Assembly (NCBI GenBank): GCA_963716745.1
Contig: OY970320.1
Location: 1,696,001-1,760,000 of the forward strand
Reading direction: 5' to 3'
Origin: an uncultured Gemmatimonadaceae bacterium
GTDB taxonomy: Bacteria > Gemmatimonadota > Gemmatimonadetes > Gemmatimonadales > Gemmatimonadaceae
Length of the DNA stretch: 64,000 nt
The notes beneath the pieces were generated by a model. It was not told the DNA's origin. It saw only the letters and a program-made list of their open reading frames with translations, and ran no database searches. Made by a program: the position numbers and the translations under genes. Shown here in pieces: positions 30,458-38,677 of the stretch (the stretch's first letter is position 1; every line of letters begins with the position of its first letter).

Positions 30458-30517
30458 GATCACTGCCGACTGTAGACTGTCGACTGTTGACTGGATCACT
30501 GCCGACTGTTTACCGCC
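30458..30517. repeat. Heptamer tract (GACTGTN) related to family A2 arms
   Basis: gactgta gactgtc gactgtt units plus a 16-nt direct repeat gatcactgccgactgt (30458 and 30494), directly after a minus-strand stop codon. Confidence 0.7.
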
Positions 30518-30838
30518 TTACCGCCGTTCGATGGCGTCGCGTACATCCAGCAAGATCTCAAAGTAGAGCTGTTCCCGCCGGTATGCGAAATCCATCTGCG
30601 CCATCTGCGCCGCATCCCCCGTCGTCTTCAACCGTTCGAACGCTTCGCGATACATATCGTCCAGATTGCCGAGGATCCGTTCGCGTGACCGTGACATGTC
30701 GATCTTCCCGAGGGCTTGGAGGGTGAGGCGCGGCGGGTCCGGATTCTGCATACCCAGCAGACTCTCCTCCGCCTGCGTGGCGAGGAATTTCTTGGCGGAG
30801 TCGAGCAGGGCGCGGCGCGGTGTTGGGAGATTGGCCAT
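30518..30838 (-). CDS. Hypothetical helical protein (106 aa)
   Basis: Fills the gap between genes with protein-like composition. No motif recognised. Confidence 0.6.
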   Translation of the reverse strand: MANLPTPRRALLDSAKKFLATQAEESLLGMQNPDPPRLTLQALGKIDMSRSRERILGNLDDMYREAFERLKTTGDAAQMAQMDFAYRREQLYFEILLDVRDAIERR

Positions 30839-30907
30839 TGCACAATGGAGATGTTCGCCCAAGTTAGCCGCGGGTGATGCGGGCGGTCAACGTCACGAGA
30901 GGGAGAG

Positions 30908-32317
30908 ATGGCACCGACGCGTGACAGCGGACGATTCCGGGTACCGACGGACGAGCCACCCCCCGGCCACGAGGGGGAGTTCGTGACGTCCGATGTGCAC
31001 CGCCCCGCGCGCGAGGGGTGGCGCGTGGTGGCGCTCGCGAGCCGCCGCATGGCCGAGCCCGTGGGCATGGCCCGCCGCTTCTTCGAAGGACTCGGCCCTG
31101 GCCTCATCGCCGGCGCCGCGGACGACGATCCCTCCGGCATCTCGACCTATTCCACCGCGGGCGCCGCGTTCGGCTTCGCCACGCTCTGGACCGCGCTCTT
31201 CTCCTTCCCGCTCATGACCGCGGTGCAGTTCATGTGCGCGCGCATCGGGATGGTGTCGGGACGCGGGCTCGCCAGCGTGCTCCGCAAGTTCTATCCGCGG
31301 CCGCTGCTCCTCTTCGCGCTCGCGCTGCTGCTCGTCGCCAACACGGTGAACATCGCCGCCGACCTTGGCGGCATGGCCGACGCCACCGCGATGCTCACCG
31401 GTGCCGACAAACTGTGGTATGAGCCGGCGTACGCCCTCGTGATGCTCGTGGTGCTCGTGTTCGGCTCGTACCGCATGATCGTCCGCATCTTCAAGTGGCT
31501 CACGCTCGTGCTGTTCGCGTACGTGATCGCCGCGTTCCTCTCGCGCCCCGATTGGATGGCGGTCGCGCGCGCGACGTTCGTGCCGCACCTGGAGTTCACG
31601 CGCCAGTTCCTGATGACGCTCGTGGCGATCTTCGGCACCACGATCTCGCCCTATCTCTTCTTCTGGCAGGCGGCGCAGGCGGTGGAAGTGGACAAGAGCG
31701 CCGGCAAGGAGACGACGCTCGCGCGCATGGGCGCGACGCATGCCGAGTTGCGCGCCGCCCGTACCGACGTGATCACGGGGATGTTCTTCTCGAATTTCAT
31801 CATGTACTTCATCATCCTCACCACCGGTGCGACGCTGCATGCCCACGGCCAGACGGAGATCGCCACGGCCACGCAGGCCGCGGAGGCGCTGCGCCCGCTC
31901 GCCGGCCACTCCGCATCGTTGCTCTTCGCGCTCGGCCTCATCGGCACCGGACTGCTCGGCGTGCCCGTGCTGGCCGGATCCGTCGCGTACGCCGTGGCGG
32001 AGGCCGGCGGCTGGCGCATGGGAATGGATGAGAAGGCCGGCCGCGCGACGCGGTTCTACGCCGTGCTCGGCGTGTCGCTCCTCGCCGGCATGGCGATGGA
32101 TTTCCTCAAACTCGATCCGATCAAGATGCTCTTCTGGAGCGCCGTGCTGAACGGCGTGCTCGCGCCGCCGCTCATCGTGATCATCCTCGCGGTGTGCAAC
32201 AATCCCAGAGTGATGATGGAGCACGTGAACGGGCGCTGGCTGAATATCCTGGGCGGGGCGTGCGCGCTGGTGATGACCGTGTCGGCGGTGGCGATGATCT
32301 GGTCGTTCCTGGCGTAG
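30908..32317 (+). CDS. NRAMP-family divalent metal transporter
   Basis: GPGLIAGAADDDPSGISTYS, GTTISPYLFFWQ and about 11 TM segments. Confidence 0.92.
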   Translation: MAPTRDSGRFRVPTDEPPPGHEGEFVTSDVHRPAREGWRVVALASRRMAEPVGMARRFFEGLGPGLIAGAADDDPSGISTYSTAGAAFGFATLWTALFSFPLMTAVQFMCARIGMVSGRGLASVLRKFYPRPLLLFALALLLVANTVNIAADLGGMADATAMLTGADKLWYEPAYALVMLVVLVFGSYRMIVRIFKWLTLVLFAYVIAAFLSRPDWMAVARATFVPHLEFTRQFLMTLVAIFGTTISPYLFFWQAAQAVEVDKSAGKETTLARMGATHAELRAARTDVITGMFFSNFIMYFIILTTGATLHAHGQTEIATATQAAEALRPLAGHSASLLFALGLIGTGLLGVPVLAGSVAYAVAEAGGWRMGMDEKAGRATRFYAVLGVSLLAGMAMDFLKLDPIKMLFWSAVLNGVLAPPLIVIILAVCNNPRVMMEHVNGRWLNILGGACALVMTVSAVAMIWSFLA

Positions 32318-32332
32318 ACGCGATCCTCAATC

Positions 32333-32389
32333 ATGTGAATCATGTAGATCCTGTCAAGAAATACTGGACAGGAGTTACATGATTTACAT
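32333..32389. repeat. AT-rich 9-nt-periodic palindrome (family D, ATCMTGT units)
   Basis: atgtgaatcatgtagatcctgtc vs gacaggagttacatgatttacat shows 3 mismatches in 23, between convergent genes. Confidence 0.8.
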
Positions 32390-32398
32390 CATGTAGTC

Positions 32399-32719
32399 TC
32401 AGTCTTCGATCTTGTTTTCTCCGGGTGGTGCGATGTAGCGATAGCTTTGCACGGGCGTACCGCCGATCAGGTGATCGCGCAGGATCTTCTCCGCGCCATG
32501 CACGTCGAGTCCGGCGTACCAGATGTCGTCGGGGTAGACCACGGCCATCGGTCCGTGCCCGCACTGGCCCAAGCAGCCCGAGTGATTCACGCGCACCGTC
32601 CCCTTGAGGCCGGCGTCCTTCGCGCCCTTCTTCAAGGCGGCGAACACGGCGTCGCCTCCCTGGCCGGGGCAGGTGCTTCCCGATGTGCACACGAACACGT
32701 GATGTTTGAATTGTCCCAT
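32399..32719 (-). CDS. Thioredoxin-like [2Fe-2S] ferredoxin
   Basis: HVFVCT...C...SGCLGQCGHGP..VVYPD..WY. Confidence 0.9.
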   Translation of the reverse strand: MGQFKHHVFVCTSGSTCPGQGGDAVFAALKKGAKDAGLKGTVRVNHSGCLGQCGHGPMAVVYPDDIWYAGLDVHGAEKILRDHLIGGTPVQSYRYIAPPGENKIED

Positions 32720-32732
32720 TCCGGAATCTAGC

Positions 32733-33101
32733 ATGGCGACGTTCGACGAATTCTTGGCGATCGATATCCGCGTGGGCACCGTGCTCCGCGCGGAACCCTT
32801 CCCCGCGGCGAAGAAGCCGGCGATCAAACTCGAGATCGACTTCGGCCCGGAGATCGGCGTGAAGCGATCGAGCGCGCAGCTCACGATGCATTACACGCCG
32901 GCGGAATTGATCGGCCGACAGGTGCTCGGCGTGGTGAATTTCCCCGTGCGCCGCATCGCGACGTTCGATTCGGAGGTGCTCGTGCTCGGTGCGATGCCGC
33001 AGGCGACCGAGGTCATCCTGCTCGAGGTTGAGAGACCCGTCGCGAATGGTACGCGCATTCGGATGACCCACCCTCGGCACTCGGCAGTGCGGTTAGATTG
33101 A
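32733..33101 (+). CDS. csaA: CsaA-type tRNA-binding/export chaperone
   Basis: FDEF..IDIRVGT, IDFGPEIG..RSSAQLT, VVNFP and SEVLVLG. The true end is probably RIG-stop at 33066 if one extra T near 33059 is an error. Confidence 0.9.
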   Translation: MATFDEFLAIDIRVGTVLRAEPFPAAKKPAIKLEIDFGPEIGVKRSSAQLTMHYTPAELIGRQVLGVVNFPVRRIATFDSEVLVLGAMPQATEVILLEVERPVANGTRIRMTHPRHSAVRLD

Positions 33102-33131
33102 GCCTGTAGGAACCTGCACCCGGAGTCTCGC

Positions 33132-33998
33132 ATGGCACCCGATCCTATCGCCGCGAAAGGCTATTCCCGCCCCGACATGCTCGTGTCCACCGAGTGGCTC
33201 GCGGCGCATCTCAGCGACCCGAAGCTGCGCATCATCGAGAGCGATGAGGACGTGCTGCTCTACGACACCGGGCACATCGCGGGCGCGCAGAAGGTGGACT
33301 GGCACGCCGATCTCAACGACGATCTCGTGCGCGACTACGTCGATCGCGAGCATTTCGAGAAGCTGCTGCGCGCGAAGGGTATCGACGAGACCACCCCCGT
33401 GGTGTTCTACGGCGACAAGAACAATTGGTGGGCGTGCTACGCGCTCTGGGTATTCGAGCTGTTCGGCTTCAAGAACGGAAAAGTTCTCGACGGCGGCCGC
33501 GTGAAGTGGGAGCAAGAGGGCCGTCCCTTCGTCACGGATGTGCCCAAGTATCCGGCCACGAATTACAAAGCGCCGCCGCGAGACGACGCACGCATCCGCG
33601 CGTTCCGCGACGAGGTGCTGGCGCACGCGAAGGCGGGCAAGAAGCTCATCGACGTGCGCTCGCCCGATGAGTTCACCGGCAAGAAGACGCACATGCCCGA
33701 GTATCCGCAGGAGGGCGTGCTGCGCGGCGGCCACATCCCCGGCGCGAAGAGCGTGCCGTGGGCGCGCGCCGCGAACGCCGACGGCACCTTCAAGAGCGCA
33801 TCCGAATTGCGCCAGATCTACGAGACCGAGGTCGGCCTCAAGTCCGGCGACGACGTGATCGCGTACTGCCGGATCGGCGAGCGATCGTCGCATACATGGT
33901 TCGTGCTCACGTATCTCCTCGGCTACAACAAAGTGCGCAATTACGACGGCAGTTGGACCGAGTGGGGCAACGGCGTTCGGCTCCCGGTGGAGCGGTGA
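33132..33998 (+). CDS. Tandem-domain rhodanese (thiosulfate/3-mercaptopyruvate sulfurtransferase, SseA/CysA-like)
   Basis: LVSTEWL, GHIAGA, GHIPGA, active loop CRIGERSS and YDGSWTEWG. Confidence 0.95.
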   Translation: MAPDPIAAKGYSRPDMLVSTEWLAAHLSDPKLRIIESDEDVLLYDTGHIAGAQKVDWHADLNDDLVRDYVDREHFEKLLRAKGIDETTPVVFYGDKNNWWACYALWVFELFGFKNGKVLDGGRVKWEQEGRPFVTDVPKYPATNYKAPPRDDARIRAFRDEVLAHAKAGKKLIDVRSPDEFTGKKTHMPEYPQEGVLRGGHIPGAKSVPWARAANADGTFKSASELRQIYETEVGLKSGDDVIAYCRIGERSSHTWFVLTYLLGYNKVRNYDGSWTEWGNGVRLPVER

Positions 33999-34459
33999 AC
34001 GAGTTCACCAATGCCCACAAGGCGGCGCACACCGCCGAATTCAAGGTCCACACGCCGCAGGTGGTGCACACCGTGTGGTCGAAGGACCAGGAGTTCAAGT
34101 CGGGCAAACCCGGCGTGCCGCCCATGCTGATCGACTCGCACGGCAAGGCCGCGTCCGGTCCGGTGGAGACGCTGCTGGCCGCGTTCGCGACGTGCGCCGC
34201 GACGAATGTGGTGGAGATCCTCGCGAAGCGGCGCACGCCGCTCGAGAAGCTCGAAGTGGAGTCGTTCGGCACGCGCGCCGAGAGCACGCCGCGGCGGCTC
34301 GTGCACGTGCTGATGAAGTTCACCATCGACGGCAAAGGCATCGAGCGCCATCACGCGGAGCGGGCGATCGAGCTCGCCGTATTCAAGTATTGCTCCGTGG
34401 GCGCGTCGCTGGATCCGGCGATCAAGGTGGAGACGATCCTAAAGCTCAACGGCGAGTAG
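33995..34459 (+). CDS. OsmC/YhfA-like protein
   Basis: [15 protein letters not shown] and KYCSVG two-Cys pattern. The GTG start overlaps the upstream stop. Confidence 0.85.
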   Translation: MNEFTNAHKAAHTAEFKVHTPQVVHTVWSKDQEFKSGKPGVPPMLIDSHGKAASGPVETLLAAFATCAATNVVEILAKRRTPLEKLEVESFGTRAESTPRRLVHVLMKFTIDGKGIERHHAERAIELAVFKYCSVGASLDPAIKVETILKLNGE

Positions 34460-34476
34460 GACCCGGCCCTACTCTC

Positions 34477-34719
34477 TCACGCCATTCCCGCGAGCCGCAG
34501 CTTCGCCATGACCTTTCGCCTGAGATCCTCCGGCGCCGTGTGCTCCACTCTGCTCTTCGCGATCGCCTCGAGGAATTCCTTCTCGAAGTCGAAATGCGGG
34601 AAGCACCCGCGGCACGATCGGAGATGGCCGCGGATCTCGGTCATGCGATCTTCGGTGAGCTCGCCGTCGAGGTAGTCCCACAGCTGCTGGATATTCTTCT
34701 CACAATCCATGTGCGTCAC
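34477..34719 (-). CDS. Zinc-binding anti-sigma factor (zf-HC2, RshA/RsrA-like, soluble)
   Basis: C....QLWDYLDGEL.....HLRSCRGC with no TM, directly downstream of the ECF sigma gene. Confidence 0.9.
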   Translation of the reverse strand: MTHMDCEKNIQQLWDYLDGELTEDRMTEIRGHLRSCRGCFPHFDFEKEFLEAIAKSRVEHTAPEDLRRKVMAKLRLAGMA

Positions 34720-35320
34720 CCTCCCGGGGCGATTCCTTCGCCGCCGCGCTTACGAATCCGGCATCGCGCGCGAACTCGATGAGCGATTGCTGCAGGATCC
34801 TGCGGCCGCGGAACAATCGCGACCGTACTGTGCCGATCGGCACGCCGAGCACCCCCGCCGCTTCGTCGTAGCTCTGTCCTTCCACGTCGACTAGAACGAC
34901 CGCCGTCCGGAAGACCTCCGGCAATTCCTCCAGCGCCTTCCGGATCGCCGGCACGAGGTCGAGCCGCGAGAAGATCGCGTCGGCGTTCGACATCGCGAAC
35001 GGGGACGCTTCGCGCACCGCGGCCATCGTCTCGAGCACCGCATCATCGCCGCCGGTGTCCACCTGCCGCGCTTCGCGTTCGCGTGTGCGCAGGAAAACGT
35101 TCCGGCAGATCGTGAATAGCCAGCGCCGGCAGTCGCTGCCCGGCTCGAACGTGTGCCAGGCGCGGTACGCGCGCAGGTAGGTCTCCTGCACGAGATCGTC
35201 GGCGTCGGCCTCATCGTGCGTCATCGAGCGCGCGAACCGGTAGACGTCGTCCATCCACGGTAGCGCCTCGCGCTCGAATCGCGCGTCCTGCTCGAGCTTG
35301 GTCTCGGGACTATCCGACAC
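34700..35320 (-). CDS. ECF RNA polymerase sigma factor (SigH/SigR-like)
   Basis: DADDLVQETYLRAY, WLFTI.RN and region 4 SYDEAA.VLGVPIGTVRSRLFRGR, with a GGAG SD. Confidence 0.95.
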   Translation of the reverse strand: MSDSPETKLEQDARFEREALPWMDDVYRFARSMTHDEADADDLVQETYLRAYRAWHTFEPGSDCRRWLFTICRNVFLRTREREARQVDTGGDDAVLETMAAVREASPFAMSNADAIFSRLDLVPAIRKALEELPEVFRTAVVLVDVEGQSYDEAAGVLGVPIGTVRSRLFRGRRILQQSLIEFARDAGFVSAAAKESPREGDAHGL

Positions 35321-35428
35321 GATTTCTCCGTACTTGCGAGAAAGTGCTTCGGCCGGTGGAGAGTTCCCGGCGGCCGACGACTTAGATTATACCCTTCTAA
35401 CGATCGAGATGCCTCGGCCGTTGTTGTT

Positions 35429-35560
35429 CACAAAGGCAGTCATCATGTAAATCCCGTTCTTATCCTGTCATCCTGTCAAAGCAGTTACGGCTAACGACAA
35501 CTAACTGCTTTGACGGGATTGCAAGATAAGAACTTGATTAACAGGATGACTGCTTTGGTG
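35429..35560. repeat. AT-rich 132-bp palindrome with 59-bp arms (family D)
   Basis: 35429-35487 vs 35502-35560 shows about 10 mismatches. The ATCCTGT/ATCATGT units are shared with 32333-32389. Confidence 0.82.
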
Positions 35561-35609
35561 TAAAACTCTAAGTTCGTCTTGCTCGCCCCCACGCGCTAAC
35601 TTTGAATCC

Positions 35610-37085
35610 ATGACTCGAACAACCAGGATCTTACTCGCGGCGCTGATCGTCGCGCCGAGCTTCGTCGGCGCGCAGGCGAAACCGAAGGCGAAGACGCCCG
35701 CCGCGGCGCCCGCCGCGCCGGTCGTCAAGCAGCCGACGCAGCGCGAAGAACTCGAGCGGATCATCCAGCGCAAGCTGCTCGCTAATGGGCTCGAGGTGAT
35801 CGTCATCGAGAACCACGGCGTGCCGCTCGCCACGGTGGAGCTCGTCGTGAAGAACGGCGCCTTCACGCAGACGCCGGAGTACGCCGGCCTCGCGCACATG
35901 TACGAGCACATGTTCTTCAAGAGCAACGACGACTACCCGCAGCCCGATCAGTTCGTCGCGCGCGGGAGCGAACTCGGCGCCATCTACAACGCCAGCACGC
36001 GCGAAGAGGTCGTGAACTATTACCTCACCGTGCCCGCCGACTCGCTGCAGGGCGCCATGGAATTCCTTGAGGCCGCCTTCCGCGCGCCGAAGTTCCGGAA
36101 GGACGAACTCGAGCGCGAACGTCAAGTGGTGCTCGGCGAATACGACCGCCAGGAATCCAGTCCGTTCTTCCAGCTCACGCAGAAGATGGACAGCGTGATG
36201 TGGGGATCGGAGGTCTCGCGCAAGAACACCATTGGCGAGCGCAGCGTGATCGCGACCGTCACGCCGGAGAAGATGTTCGAGATCCAGAAGCGCTATTACA
36301 TCCCGAACAACGCCGCGCTGATCATCGCCGGCGATGTGGACCCCGAGACGTCGTTCCGCATGGCTGACGCGATCTTCGGCAAGCTGCCGAAAGGCGACGA
36401 CCCCAACGTGAAGTATCCGGTCCCCGATTTCCCGCCGCTCACCAAGAGCGCCGCGGTGATCGTCGAGGAGCCGGTGAACACCGTGGCCTTCCTCGTGCAG
36501 TGGCGCGGGCCGAGCGTGCAGAAGGACCCGGAATCCACGTATGCGGCCGACGTCTTCAGCGGCCTGCTGAACCAGGATGGTTCGACCTTCCAAAAACGCC
36601 TCGTGGACAGCGGACTCTGGAGCGAAGTGGTGGTGAACTACTACACGCTCAATCATGTCGGGCCGATCACGATCAGCGGCGAGACGTCGCCGGATAAACT
36701 GAAAGCGGCGGTCGCGGCGCTCTATCAGGAGATCGCGAAGTTCGACCAGCCCGGCTATTTGTCCGAACCGGAGCTCGAGCCGCAGAAACAGCAGCGCGCC
36801 GTGGGCACCGCGATGGGACTCGAGCGCGCGAGCGGTTTCGCGCACGAGCTCGGATTCTGGTGGAGCGTCGCGAGCCTCGACTACTACATGGGCTACGTGG
36901 ACAACATGGCGCGGCAGAACATCGCGGACATGCGCGCGTACGCGAAGAAGTACATCGTCGGCAAGCCGCACGTCGTAGGCGTGCTCATCGCTCCCGACGC
37001 ACGCCGATCGATCGGACTCACCGCCGCCGACGTCCTCGGCGACAGTCTCACCACCTCTTCGACCAACCCGCGGAGCCCCAAGTGA
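35610..37085 (+). CDS. Exported M16B zinc peptidase, catalytic subunit
   Basis: Signal peptide, inverted zinc motif GLAHMYEHMFF, YNAST and ER.VVLGE. Confidence 0.93.
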   Translation: MTRTTRILLAALIVAPSFVGAQAKPKAKTPAAAPAAPVVKQPTQREELERIIQRKLLANGLEVIVIENHGVPLATVELVVKNGAFTQTPEYAGLAHMYEHMFFKSNDDYPQPDQFVARGSELGAIYNASTREEVVNYYLTVPADSLQGAMEFLEAAFRAPKFRKDELERERQVVLGEYDRQESSPFFQLTQKMDSVMWGSEVSRKNTIGERSVIATVTPEKMFEIQKRYYIPNNAALIIAGDVDPETSFRMADAIFGKLPKGDDPNVKYPVPDFPPLTKSAAVIVEEPVNTVAFLVQWRGPSVQKDPESTYAADVFSGLLNQDGSTFQKRLVDSGLWSEVVVNYYTLNHVGPITISGETSPDKLKAAVAALYQEIAKFDQPGYLSEPELEPQKQQRAVGTAMGLERASGFAHELGFWWSVASLDYYMGYVDNMARQNIADMRAYAKKYIVGKPHVVGVLIAPDARRSIGLTAADVLGDSLTTSSTNPRSPK

Positions 37086-38512
37086 TGCGCCGCCTCGTTC
37101 TCCTCGCCGCGACCGCGTTCGCGTCCGCGGGCCCGCTCGCTGCGCAGCAGACCCCGGCGCCGCGCGCCGGCGCACGCTTCGACACGAGTACCGTCGCGTT
37201 CGATACCGGCGGCGTGCACGTGATCCTGCGGCGCAATCCCGCCAACGATGTCGTGGCCGCCAATCTCTACTTGCTCGGCGGCGGCCAGATGGTGACGCAG
37301 GCGAACGCCGGCATCGAGCCGTTCCTGCTCTGGGTGTCGGAGCGCGGCAGCAAGAATTATTCGCAGGATGCGATGCGCACGAAGATCGCCGCGCTGGGCA
37401 GCACGATCGTGGTGGCGCCGAGTGACGATTGGACGCTGTTCGGATTCCGCGGCGTGCGCTCGACGTTCGACAGCACGTGGGCGATCTGGGCGGATAGGCT
37501 CACGGCGGGCACGCTCGACGCGCCGGACATCGAGTTCGTGCGCGACCAGATCCTCTCGGCGCTGCGGCAGCGCGACGATAATGCCGATGGCCTGGTGCAC
37601 GTGCTGGCCGACAGCGCGCGATTCGTGGGGATGCCGTACTCGATGCCGGTGGGTGGGAGCGAGAAATCGGTGTCGTCCTTCACGGCCGCGCAACTCGCGG
37701 ACTGGCGCGCGACCAAGATCATCACGTCGCGCATGCTGCTCGTGGTAGTGGGGAACATCGAGCGCGATCATCTCGCGAAGATGGTCGCGGCGACGTTCGG
37801 CAAACTGCCGCGCGGCGCGTACAAGTGGGTGCCGCCGGTCGCGACGCCGGGCGTGGGCGGGCCGGCGGTGATGGTGCAGAAGCGGCTGCCGACGAACTAC
37901 CTGCTCGGCTACTACATCGGTCCGCCGGCTTCGAGCTCGGACGCGACCGCGCTGCGCATCGCGACCGCGGTGATCGCGGGACGGTTGTTCACCGAAGTGC
38001 GCTCGCGGCGGAACCTGACGTACGACGTGGACGCGCCATTCGAGGAGCGCGCGATCACGACCGGCGGATTGTACGTGACCACCGCGTTCGCCGACTCGAC
38101 GCTGGAGATCATGCGGCGCGAGACCGAAGCGCTGAAGCGCGGCCGCCTGGACCCCGAGCAGCTCAATCTGATCGAGGAGCAGTTCATCACCGAATATTTC
38201 CTGAAGAACGAGACCAACGCCGACCAAGCCGGCCAACTCGCGCGCGCGCAGGTGTACCGGGGCGATTACCGGTACGCGGACAAGTTCGTGCTGGAGATCC
38301 ATGCGGTGTCGCCGCTGGGAGTGCAGTATGTGGCGCAGAAGTACATGAAAGGGTTTGTTTGGGCGTTTGTGGGGGATACACTCCGCGTTACGCAGGGCGA
38401 AGCTGGAGCAGTTCTGAACGGCGTGAGTCGCGACCTGAACGCCGTGACTCGTACCCCGAACGCCGTGAGTACCGAGTCGTGCGTCGTGGACCACGCACGG
38501 CGTGAGTCGTGA
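37085..38512 (+). CDS. Exported M16B peptidase, non-catalytic partner subunit
   Basis: No HxxEH, but has the R/Y motif EVRSRRNLTY. TGATG coupling to the upstream gene. The true stop is probably TGA 38415-38417 (KLEQF-stop) after a +1 error near 38396. Confidence 0.88.
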   Translation: MRRLVLLAATAFASAGPLAAQQTPAPRAGARFDTSTVAFDTGGVHVILRRNPANDVVAANLYLLGGGQMVTQANAGIEPFLLWVSERGSKNYSQDAMRTKIAALGSTIVVAPSDDWTLFGFRGVRSTFDSTWAIWADRLTAGTLDAPDIEFVRDQILSALRQRDDNADGLVHVLADSARFVGMPYSMPVGGSEKSVSSFTAAQLADWRATKIITSRMLLVVVGNIERDHLAKMVAATFGKLPRGAYKWVPPVATPGVGGPAVMVQKRLPTNYLLGYYIGPPASSSDATALRIATAVIAGRLFTEVRSRRNLTYDVDAPFEERAITTGGLYVTTAFADSTLEIMRRETEALKRGRLDPEQLNLIEEQFITEYFLKNETNADQAGQLARAQVYRGDYRYADKFVLEIHAVSPLGVQYVAQKYMKGFVWAFVGDTLRVTQGEAGAVLNGVSRDLNAVTRTPNAVSTESCVVDHARRES

Positions 38513-38670
38513 CCCGTGACGCCGTGACATCGTACCCCGAACGCCGTGAGTGCACGCACGACTCACGGCGTTCGGGGTTCGACTCTCGGCGTTCGGGTTA
38601 CCAATTACGCAGTCCAGTAAGTACGACGCACGACTCGGTACTCACGGCGTTCGGGTTACGACTCACGCCC
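38418..38670. repeat. ~250-bp nested palindromic element (family B)
   Basis: 38451-38487 vs 38623-38659 shows 1 mismatch in 37, with an inner perfect 18-bp stem 38534-38551/38561-38578 and ~21-nt units. Confidence 0.9.
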
Positions 38671-38677
38671 TTGGTCG

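Noticed and set aside
38418..38670. CRISPR array (also considered for 14885-15132)
   Set aside because: The units are degenerate, abut each other or have irregular gaps, and switch orientation midway. There are no unique equal-length spacers and no cas genes.
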